From a virus: a stretch of DNA of 64,000 nucleotides. Positions within the stretch are counted from its first letter, which is position 1. Each line of letters starts with the position of its first letter. The notes below the pieces were generated by a model that searched no databases, was not told where the DNA came from, and saw only the letters and a program-made list of their open reading frames with translations. The position numbers were made by a program, and so were the translations under genes. Location of the stretch: IMG/VR virus record IMGVR_UViG_3300042503_001836, positions 32,001-96,000 of that record, one strand, 5' to 3'. Shown piece by piece: positions 40,301-52,300 of this stretch.

Positions 40301-43300
40301 ACAACCACTAGAGCCAGGATCAACAAGTCTGTCCTTATCAATGTGGAAACCAATAGCGGTTCGTTCTGTTTTAAAATCAGGTTCAAGTCTTATAAACTCA
40401 TTCCCCATTTTAGCCTTATTGCCGCTAGGAGTAGTTTTACCAAGTCTATAACTACCAAACTCTACAGGTTGTTTAGACCCTGCTTTTGTTTCACCTGCAC
40501 CACCAAATATTTGAGTATCCGCCTTACCTGAATTAACAATAAATCTATCAACTATCTTTCCTTGTTTAATGACGGCTAACTGGATTTTTTCTAATCCAAA
40601 TTCATCTTTTTGTCCCAATCGCTGCATCCTGATTACAGATTCACCCTTGGACTGACTGGCAGGAGTAACAGTATTAGCTTTAGTTTTAGCAGTTGCCGGA
40701 GGTTGGGAAGCGATCGCACCATAATCACCCTTAGCTAAATTAGCAAGGAACACTTGAGGGTTAATATAGCGTCCGTTTGCCTTAACCCCAAAATCTAGAT
40801 GATGTCCTAATACATTACCCAGTTTTTGCCCAGCTTGTACTTGTACAGGTTTGCTCAAGTCACCAAGAGTATTTTTGATACTATTAAGTGCTAAGTGTCC
40901 ATACTCTATAGTTATCTTTGTACCCGATGGTAATATACTATTAACAAACACAGCAGCATCTTGTCCGCCCCATTTTTGCAATTTAGCTACACCTGCAAGA
41001 CTAGCAATAACTTCTGCACCAGCACCACCCTTAACACGACTGTCAAAATCAACCTTATTGTGTAAACGTCCTGGACGTTGACCCATGACACTTTGTCCAA
41101 AGGTGGGTTTATAGTTAATCAAATCTTGGATAGTCGTATTTTTAATAGGTGATGTAAATTGATTTGCTACTGTAGGTATAACCGTTGGTGCTGGTGTTGC
41201 TGATGCTGCATCCTGTGTTGTAGGTGGCGTTATAGCTGACGATACAGCCGATGTTATACCACCAAACACACGACCTACAGTGTTTAGTAAATTACCTGCC
41301 CAGTCAGAAGAGTTATTTTCATTAGTGACTTGATTTAACTTACCTAAAGTTACATCTAACTTAGTTCCTACGCCCGTCACAGTATCACCAAGTCCCTTAA
41401 AGGCATCGTTAAGACCACTAGTAGCTATTACTGCGTCTTGTCCTAAAGACTTCACAACCTCTTGCACATCAGAGTTTATACCAACAACACTACCCTGAAC
41501 TGTTCTAAGTTGATCGTCAAACTCTTTAATTTTATCCTCATCAAAAGGAACTATCTTACCTGGTAGACTTCGTTGTAATTCACTAGCACGAAGCTTAATG
41601 TCATCAATATTATTTTGATAATCAATTTCCTGTTTTTTAGCATCTAACTGACGTTTTTCCATCTCCGTAGTTTGAGAGATAATATTAATAAGCCCCTCAA
41701 TAAATTGAGTGTAAATGTTATCGCCAGCACCTATCAAAGCTTCTCTAAGCTTGTTTTGCATCCTAGATCCTTCTAGGGTTTTTTGTGCTTTTTGGAACTC
41801 TATGCTTACCGCTTGCGCTTCCCTAACAGAAGCTCTATAGTATTCAGCTACTTGTTTAGTCTGGTCAATCAAAGCCTGTTTCATATCACGCTGGGCTTTG
41901 GCCATTTCTTGTGAGTTTTGAGCTAATGCCTCTCTATCTTTAGTAATATCGCCTCTTAACTTATCAAATTCCGCTTGTGCTTCATTTAAGTTAGTACCAC
42001 CAGCCGCAATAACTTGGCTTATCTTGTCTAAGGCAGCTTGATCACTATTAATCTTTTCAGTTAATAAAGTGCGTTGGCTGCTTAAATCAGCTAGTTGAAT
42101 ATTTGATAATTCCGGTGCTATTTGTTGCGCTGTTCCCGATGATGCGTAAATTTTAGCCTGACTTAAATTAGACTTAATCCTATTAGCAGATGTAGCACGC
42201 TCAAATCTAGTATTTGCATCCTTAACAGCATTGGTAGCTTGGGTATATAAAGCCTCTTCCATAGGTCGGACATCAAACGGTTTTGCCCCAGCAATCATGT
42301 TTTTAAGCTGGTCAATTCGTGCTTGAGTCTTTTGGACAGCAGCAGGAATTAAATTTCCTGTAACACCTTCAACCGCGCCTAGCTGTAACTTTTGCTTATA
42401 TTCTTCTTCCTGTTTAAGCATCCGTTCCAACATAGGCAACGGTGATCCAAAGCTATTAACTAGATCCTCACGTTTTTTGTAAAGTTGTTGAATTAATTGC
42501 TTAACCTCACCTTGTTCCTTACGAACCTTATCACTCGGTAACGCCTTGTTTAGTTCTACACTTCGTTTAGTTGCTGCCTCTAGTTGTTTGTCAATATTTT
42601 TAATCTCTTTAAAATCAAACGCACGTTGTATAGAGGTTTTGATAATGATCTCCTGATTTTTCCTTTGATTTTCTAATGCTTGTAATTCCTCTTTAGCTTT
42701 TTCATATTCTTCTTTAATTTTTTTATCCCGTCTATTAAAGAAAGTAGGTACAGTCAACTTTTCAAATTCAGCTTTCTTTTGCGGAATTTTTTTATCAAGA
42801 TCCTCCATAATTTTTCTATTTTCTAGACGATCACCTACTTCAAACTCAGAGGATTTGATAGCCAAAGTATTCCGCATCTGTTTAGACTGATTTTCTAAGT
42901 TTTTAAAATCAGCACTGTTTTGTATATCTTTAATTTCTTGAGGACTAGCACCTCTAGCTTTTGCATCGGCTAATACAGCTAATCTTCTATTGTTGTTATC
43001 CTCAATTTGTCTGTTAAGATTTGATATATCTTTGTTAGCATTAAATTTTTGTTGCTGTTCTATTGTCAGTGGTTTGATATCAGCTACAAAGTCACTAGGT
43101 TTACCAGTAAATCCTTGACTAGACGCAAACTCTTTTAAGTTTTGGATATTTTTTTCTTGATCCTCAAAATATTTGATAACCTGTTGTTGCGCGTTAGTTA
43201 ATCGGGCGTTTGGATCTTCTGTATCAAAATAGCTTTTTATTCCTTTGTTTTCTGGTTTGTTAAGAAACTCTTTTTGTTTGTCTGTTAGTTTAGGTGCAAA

Positions 43301-46300
43301 TAAGTCAAGAGCCTTAGTGGCTAATGTTATAGCAGCAATGAAAGCAACAACCGCAGTAAGAATAATAGTAAGAGGGTTAGCAAAAAGAGGTGCTAAAAGC
43401 ATAGCTAGTTTACCTATAAGAGGTACTGCCATGAGTGGCCCGGATGCACCTGAAGCAATCAAGGCAGCATTGGAAGCCATAGCGGTAGACGCAGCCACAG
43501 AAGCCGCAGTAGTAGCTGAAGCTAAACCTACATTAGCAGCATACGCAGCACCAGCACCAGCCACACCTAAAGCACCTACACCAAGAAAATCCATTACTGG
43601 ATTAGCTTGACCTTTATTTCTTGCCTTGATTGCATCATCCCATTTAAAGTCACCACCACCCCAGAAGCTTCTAATGTCAAGCTGTACGCCTTTAGAAGGT
43701 AATGTGTCAGCTAGTGATCCGCCTAACTTTTTAACATTGTTAGTTGCTTTATCAAAGGAGTCCGCCGTTTTTTGAACATTGGCTCTAATCTCAGTCAAAC
43801 CGTTATTTAGTTCCTTAGTTGCTTCCTTGAGTGAATCACCCATAGGATTGCTAAAGTCACCTTTAGAGAACATCAAGATAGCAAAAGCGACCCCTATATG
43901 AGTTAATGCTTTTCCTAAGAATCCTAATGAAGCCGCAAACAGTTTATTTCTTGCAATTCCGGCATCCATAGCTGCATTAGCCGCACCCATTGAAGTTAGC
44001 ATTAATTCACTAGCAGCTTTCATTGTAGTCATGAAGCCTATAAAAGCCTTTGCTGAACTACTGAACATTCCTGCGGCTGCACCAACTACACTCGTGATCA
44101 TTGGCCAAAGAGCCATTTTTACTAAAGCCGTAGCTTGTTCAAACATGAACACCATTGCTAGTAGTTCTACAACTCCTGGAGGAATGACTTTAAAAAACCC
44201 ACTAAATACACCTTTAAGCCCGTCAATTATATTACCCGCTTGTTCAGCACCTTGTACTAAGCTGCCAAACATAGATGAAAAGCTAACATTACCATCACTC
44301 ATAGACCGCATAACAGAATCTATAGTGCTAAAAAGTGCTACAACAAGATTACCTACACCACTATTCATGTTAGAAATTAGGTCTTTTTCTGCACCTAACC
44401 AGTTGTCAGCAACATCCGCAGTAATGCCAACAATTAAAGGCATCATGTTAGTAGCCATAACTGAAAAAGTTGCCATTAATAGGTGTTGCAAAGATCCAAG
44501 TAAAGTAACCAAGGGTTTAAACTTAGTCATAATTACTGTTAACCCTATTGCTATGGTTGCAGCAAAACCAATGGCAAAAGATTGACCTAAAGGTATTAAT
44601 GCTCCAAGACTCTTACTGAACAAAGATAAGCCATCAGCAAAAGTGCTAACAAAGAAACCTAGAGTTCCGCCTAACTTATCAGTAAATATTGTGGTTATTT
44701 CAAAACCCACATTACCTAGTTTATTTAATGCAACAACTAGCCCACCCGCTTGACTAGCAGCCGAATTACCATAATCTTGTTTGAGTACCTTAGCAACTTT
44801 AGGTAAGATATCCTGAGATAACACACTACCAGATGAGATGAGAGCGTTCATTTCTGGTACTGACACACCCATAGCCTTAGCAAATACACCCATAGCTGGC
44901 GGGAATTTTTCGCCTAATTGCTGTCTTAATTCTTCCATTGACAGCTTACCTTTAGCCAGAATTTGAGTATAAGCCATGAAGACTAAACTTGCATCTTGAC
45001 CAGTAATACCTAACGCGCTTAGAGATGCTGTTATACCTTCAAACAAATCTCTGACACCTTGTCCTTCCATCTTACTATCTCTAGCTGCAATAGCTAATTG
45101 AGAATAAGAATTAGCCGCTACTTCAGAAGGAACATTCATTTTATTAGCAATGTCTTTGGCATACTTAAATTCTGCCTCGCCACCTGCCTTAGAGCCGCCT
45201 AAGAAAGTAAACCTTCTTTGTAATACTTCTACTCGCTGAATACCGTCCATTAATCTAGCGACATGGGGTGAAACCATACTAACAGCCGCACCTATACCAC
45301 CAATAATCGGAGCTAGAGGTAAGAATAAGGGACTTAAGGAAGCAAACAAAGATGTTACAGGTGCTAAAGTTGCAGCAATAGACCCCATAAATTGCAACAC
45401 ATTCGGGAAAGTTGCGTCAGCTTCTTTTGGATCGCTAAACAGAACTTTTTTCACACCAGATCCCATCTGGTTGTACATTTCCTTAAATTGATCCTGGGTA
45501 GCTACAGTACCCCGACTCATGCGCTTAAATATGACTCCAACAGCATCACCAAAGTTAGCTTGACCTAGTGCTTTTTTAGCATTGTATTCCAGGTCGTCTT
45601 TAGCGTTAGCAAGGTTACGTACAGAGTCTTTAAAACCTTCGGCTATAGATTTACCCATATCAAAGCCTTTTTCCTTAAACTTAGCTTGTAAGCCAGTTAA
45701 GGATGCCATCAAACCCGCGGTAGCCGTATCTAAAAGTTTAGGATCGATGTTTTTAAGTTGCTGTGAAGACATACCAGCTTTTCTCAAGCCTTCTAGTAAT
45801 AAGCCTTTCATAGCTTCTTGATCATTACCAGCATAGGCTTCGGTAAGTCTGCCAACAAAACCAGTAGAACGTGGAGCATTAACCAAACTTTGACGGAAAG
45901 TATCTAACCCACCAGAATCTCGCATCTGTTGGAAAGTTTTAAAAGCTACGCCACGCTCACTTAAAACCTTTGCTGTAAGTGAGTCTAATTTACCTTGTGC
46001 TTTATCATCACCTAAAACTGCTCTAGAACGTTCAATATCACCCATTGCTTGCATAAGTTTACGCTCATTATTGGTTGCCGCAATAGGATTATTTAGAATG
46101 TTTTGGCGTGCTGCGTCTAACTGTGCATCAGTCATAGCATCACGGGTAGTTTTATTAACTCCACGTCTGCGTAACGCTTGTTTTGTCATAGCATCTAGCA
46201 CTTGTGGAGATATAGGACTGAACTGCGATACCCCTTCTAAAGCCTTTTCTACTTTGTTTCTTTGAGTACCAAGAGAGTTAATTGTATTTACTATTGTTCC

Positions 46301-49300
46301 TGATTGTTGTTTTAGTTTATTCCCTGTTAATCCTTGTATAACAGAAGTAGGAATCATAGGAATATTGAGATTTTCTAAAACACTGTCTATGGCAGTATTA
46401 CCTAAATTCTCAATTAATTGTTGACTCGCTTGAGTACCTTTAGCATTACCTAATCCTGCTTTTTTGCGATTAGCCGATGTTTGTTCTTGTAAAACTTGTT
46501 CAACAGTAGGAGCTTGGTTTCTAGGATTTGATCTTGATGATTGATCCAAACCTAAGATCCCACCAAAAGTATTCATGAACATTCCAAACATACCTAGTCC
46601 CATTGATGCAAGACCACCACCACCAACAATTGATGGTAAAGGGAACATGCTAGGGACAGGATTCATCATCTGGGATATGCCACCTAGTATCCCGTGTGTT
46701 TTTTGTCCAGATAACGAAGATAAATCTATTCTGGTAACAGAACTTAGTAATTTTGTTAAGAAACCACCGGGTTTTAAGACATCATTATTAAGTAAGTTCT
46801 TAATAATTGCGTTACCCAAGCCTAAAGTTAAGCCACCAAGTACAGGTATCAGTGGTTTTAGCATGGGTACAAGTTGCAATGTCTTGGGTATGAATTTCAT
46901 AAACCAAGGCATTATAGAGCGAGTTTGAGACAACAGACCTTGATAAAGTGGCTGTTTTAAAGTATCAGCAAGAGAGAATAACGCCGCGTTTACAGCATTA
47001 CGCATCACCTGGCCTAATGAAGCATAACCAGAAAGTGTGCTTTGACGGACACTATCACTAACAGCAGTAAATAAATTAGTAATTAAGTCTTTACCCAGAC
47101 TCAAATACTGACTCATCATTGTTGGTGGTACTGGAGGTATGGGCGGTGTAGGGGGTGTGGGTGGTGATGGCGGAGATGGCGGTGTGGGTGGTGATGGGGG
47201 TACTGGAGGTACTGGAGGTACAGGAGGTACTGGAGGTACAGGTCTAGGAGGAACAGGAGGTACAGGAGGTCTAGGAGGAACAGGAGGTCTAGGAGGTACA
47301 GGAGGTACAGGTCTAGGAGCAGTAGTCCAAGGATCTGGAATTTGTGAATAACTATCAAATAACCGGGACATATTACCAGCCATTAATGCATTTAAGTTAA
47401 TACGTATGGGTGGGTAGGGCTGTGTAGCTTGTGTTCTAGTTGATAAGTGAGGTCTTGTTTGCTGAGTTTGCTGAACTGTACTAGCTAAATTAGTTCTTTG
47501 CTGTCCTAAGTTTCTATTTGTTGCAGGCACATTTTCAGTATTCTGTGCTTCATAGTCTTCAGGTAGAGAATTAACAGCTCGCTTAGACTGTTGTAATATA
47601 CTTGATATCTGTGGTTTAAAATAATTAGATAAGCCAAGGTATGCCGCTATTGATTTACCTTCTATTACACCTTCTGCTAAATCTTGGGCAACATTAAGAT
47701 CCTTTGATTTGTTATACTTACCTTCTTTGTAACCTTTAGCAATTGTTTGATGATATGCGTCTATATTAGCCGCATAGTTAGCTACAAGAGCTTTTTGAGA
47801 TTCTGTGGCTGTCTTACTTTCATTAACTGTTTTAACCATTAAATCAGCAATTCTCTTGTTAGCTAAGACTAAAGCAGCCACAGCACCATCTTCAAAACCC
47901 TCACCAAAATCTAGACCCATTTCTAGCATAACTTTTGATGGGGATGCAATCCCAAATATTCTTTTAATCGTAGATAATATACCTGTAGCAAACTTAGTAA
48001 CTATCCCTAAAACGCCACCATTTGCAGACAAGAATCCTTGTCCAAAAGAAGTTATTAAATTAATACCAATGTCTTTTAAACTTCCGCCTTTGCTAAATGC
48101 AGATTTGGCACTGTTAAATAAATTGCCTAAAATAGTATCACTGCCAAAGTCTTTTTTAACACCTGATAATAGATTAGATAGAGGGTTTGCAGGTTGATCA
48201 AACTCTTCTAGATAAGATTTAATTTCTGGGTGTTGTGTAAACGCATTATAGTCAGCATTTGAGTTAAAAGCAGTGCGTGCTTTTTCTTGTAACTGTTTAA
48301 GTTTTTCAGATGAAACCGTGTGTGATTGAATGTAAGGTTTTCCACCAATAATGGAATGTGCCTTATCAGATAATTGAAATTCTTTTTGTTGTGGATGACC
48401 ACTCAATGCAAAAAGAGTATTATTATCATTGTCTACTTTTCCATAACCCTTGTACTTGTCTAGATACTTCAAGCCCATGTTTTGAGCTAACTTAGGATGT
48501 TTCAATAAGAAATTATTTAATTTGGTAGCAATACCGAAGGGTGTACTAAACCCAGTCATTAAATTTGTATCGTGCGTCCAGTCATAGACATCGCTTATCT
48601 GTAACCCACCCTCTTTATTGCGTCCATAATTAAAACCGCCTAAAGTGTAATGTAAATTTTTAAATCCGGGTATTTGACTAACTTCATTGCCTACAGTACC
48701 ACTACCCACTTCCCAATTTGAAGGAATTTTAGTTGTTTTATTTTTTGAAGCAAAGTCAAGCATAGACCTGTACATTACTGCTAGTTCTGCCTCTCTAGCA
48801 GTACGCCCCTGCAATTTATGAACATCAGTATTTCCTTGATAATAAGCACCTAAATGTTTAACTGGTTCTGATAGTTTATTTCCTAGTATGCCAGTATTTC
48901 CCAGTGCAACCATAGATGCGCCAAGTATTGATCCAAAAGTTGTCTTTTTCTCATGTTTATTGCTTTGCTCATAAACACCCTTAGTAGCTTTAGCACTACC
49001 ATCAACGGCATTTTCAACAATGGAATCATATGTATTAATGTTCTCAGAATTAAATAAATCTAATTCTTTAATTCCCGTATCCACAGCTTTCGCTAATAAC
49101 TGACTAGCACCTGATACATCAACAACACCTTGTTTAATACCAATAGCCAGACCTGACGCAATCATTACACCCAAGGCAATCATCACCTTTGAAGGTGAAC
49201 TAATGCCCATGTTTTGTTTAATCTGATTTTGAATAGCGTCACCAGTAGTATTTATAGCTTTAGAAGATAAGGCAACCGTGCTTAATATACCTTGGCTCAA

Positions 49301-52300
49301 ACCTTCGTTAGTCTGTTTACCGATCTTAATGAAATTATTTAAGGGTGAGTGAAGTTTTGCACCTAGTGACCCCACAACATTAGCTATTCCTTGAGGTGCG
49401 CCATAATCTGCAACACTAGAAGCTATAGCATCTTTCACTGGTAAACCCTGACCAACTTTAGATTTAGATTTTCTATATAAATCTAAAGGTACAGACAAAG
49501 TATCAACAACAGCATCAACACCATAACCAGCAGTTGCAAAATTAGAATTTGCACCAGTACCTAAACCTGTAGGTACAACCTTCATGACACTGCTAATGGC
49601 TCTTACTATTTCACTCTTACTGAGTTTAAGGTCTTTCAAATTGTCATTTAAAACACTCTTAAACGTAGACATATAATCAAGGGAAGTATCAGCTTGTAAC
49701 TTCGCCTTAGTTTGTCCATGAGCTTGAGTAACAGCTTTAGTAATAGCACTATTTCTTAATAATGCGGTCATACCAGCTTGAGCAGCATCAACGGCACTGA
49801 CAGTCATCGGATTAGCACCAAGACCTAACGCGCCAGCTTTAGCAATATTTATAGTGTGATCAAAAGCCGCTCTAGGTGTAGTCAAAGTTTTATCAGCAAC
49901 AATGCTATTTACAAAATCTTTAGCAGACCCACCTACAGACTGAAATAAAGTTTCACTAGGGTTTGCTGCATGCCGTTCTCCAACCTTACCTAGTATTTTC
50001 AATCCCGTATCCGTAGCACTTAGACCAGCACTTCCATACGTGCTAATTGATGTAAGTCCAGGTATTACACTGGTTGCACCAAGAGCTGGATCAGCAAAGG
50101 TTTTTACTGCACCTACAATATCAGTTACAGTTGATACCATTTGTCTTGCACCTTGAGCAACCTTGCTATTACCTTTTTGCATTCCCAAAAACAAACCCGA
50201 AGTTATCATCAGACCCATCTCAAACATCAACCAAGATGGTGACTGGATCTGCATTTTGGTTTGGACTACTTTAATAAAGTCATCGAGCATAACACGGGCA
50301 GCATTGGACACCCCACCTGCACCATGTTTAATCCCGTTTTGCAAACCTTTAGGAATTTCTACTCCATGCTGTTGTGCTAACTCTGTATAACCCTTTAATT
50401 GCTGATCAAATAGTTTTTTGTCAGCGAGGTTTAACTTGCCTTCTAAATGTCCCGCGTTTTTTCTATTATTTTCTAGAGGTGATTTAGCTCTGCCGTGAAT
50501 CCCGCTTAATTCACTATTAATATCTTTGCTAAAGCCAGCATCCTCACCCATTTTTACATATTTATCAACAGTAGCAACGGCTTCTTTAGAGCGACTAATA
50601 AAAGTAACAACTTCAGCTCTTGCTGATTTAAGTTCTTCATGCGTACCTACTGCGGTAGCTTGTTTAACTTTCGCCTGTATTCTCTTATATTCATCTGCAA
50701 AATATTTTTTAATAGATGTTAATGCTTTATCAATCTCATCTAAGGAAGTCTGAGCATATTTTTTTGTATTAGCTGTTTTATCAGAAGAAACAGGCGGTAA
50801 AGGTATTAATTTATTTTCGGCTGCCGTAGCATCTTTATAGCCTTGGGATATATCAATATTTTTAACTATTTCAGATTGAATTGTTTGGAAAAGTGGCTTA
50901 ATCTGCTCAGGAATATTAACAGGAATTGGTTCTAATTCCCGTTTTTTAGCTGGTGGGGGTAATGGTACTTTATTTTCCTTAGCTGGTGGCTGCTTAGGTA
51001 AAGGTGCTGAATCTTTCCAAGGATCTGAAATAACTTCAGAAACAAAAGGTTTACTGGTTTTAGATTTTGATACAGCTTGAGATTCAGATTTCATACCTAT
51101 GGAGGCATCACTCAAAGCTTTAGCAGCATTTTTTAAATCGGCTGCGGCTTCTTTAAGTACATCTGAAGAAGATTTAACAACAGGTGTAACAGGCTTATTT
51201 AATACACCTTTACTTAAAAAATCTTTAATGATAGGTGCTGTATTTGGTAATAATTTATCAAAGGCAATCTCCACAACTTTTTTAGATTCAGAAGCCAAAC
51301 CTTGACCTATAAACGTACTTGTAGAATCTTTTTTACCACTTTCAGCCGCATCAAAGAACCAGCCTACAGCATTTTGAACACCAGATGATGAGTTTTGAGT
51401 AACTGAACTGGCCGATTTTCTAACTTGTCTAATAGTCGCTAATTTAGCCCTTTGAGCAATACTCTCAACACTAATATTAATACTGTCAGAAAATGCCGTA
51501 TTTATTTCTGACACTGTACTAGAAATAACGCTGGGATTATCTTTAGCTATATTTTCTTTAAATGATTTAACTCCAGACTTACTACTTTTTTTAGTCTTAA
51601 TTCCTACACCAAAAGAATTTAAAAAACTATCTGCCGCCTTTTCACCAACATCACTCATATCAATGTTAGCGTTTTTCTTAATAGATTGGCGCATCCCTTT
51701 AGATATTTCTGAACCAAAACCCATTGAGATTCCTTCAAGAAACCCAGTCAATAAATCTTTACCTGGTTTTAAAATAATACTAACTGCTTGGTCTATTTGA
51801 CTATTACCCGTAATTTCTTTAATACCTCCAAACATTGTTTTTAATTCTTCCACTACTTCTTGAGTGTTAGCATTAACAACACTGTCACTAGATTTTACGC
51901 CTTTAGATATTGCATCAATAAAAGCATTTTCAATACTGCTAGAAACACCACTGATAGCACTAAGAATACCTTTTTCAATTCCTTCTGCTATCGATTGAGA
52001 AACTTCTTGCTTAGAAGAATCTGTAATCTTAATATCTAGATTTTCTTCTGTTTCAATTATGTATCGCTTACTAGATAAATTACCCAATCTTTGTTCTAAT
52101 TCATCTAATTTAGTAACATCAGTATTAACAGCTATGGGGTTGCTATCAAAATATTTATTAACTTCCTTAAGGTGCTGTACTTTAGTATGTAAATGTTTAT
52201 TTAAATCAACAAGTTGATCGTCGTCAACATTAACAACAATCGGATTATTATTAAAATATTTATTAACTTCTTTAAGGTGTTGTACTTTAAGATTTAGATG

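Noticed and set aside
37941-51305. Numerous plus-strand ORFs opposite the tape measure, including the Gly-rich 47139-47351
   Set aside because: Shadow frames of a long coding sequence; the Gly-rich one is just the complement of the Pro repeat.
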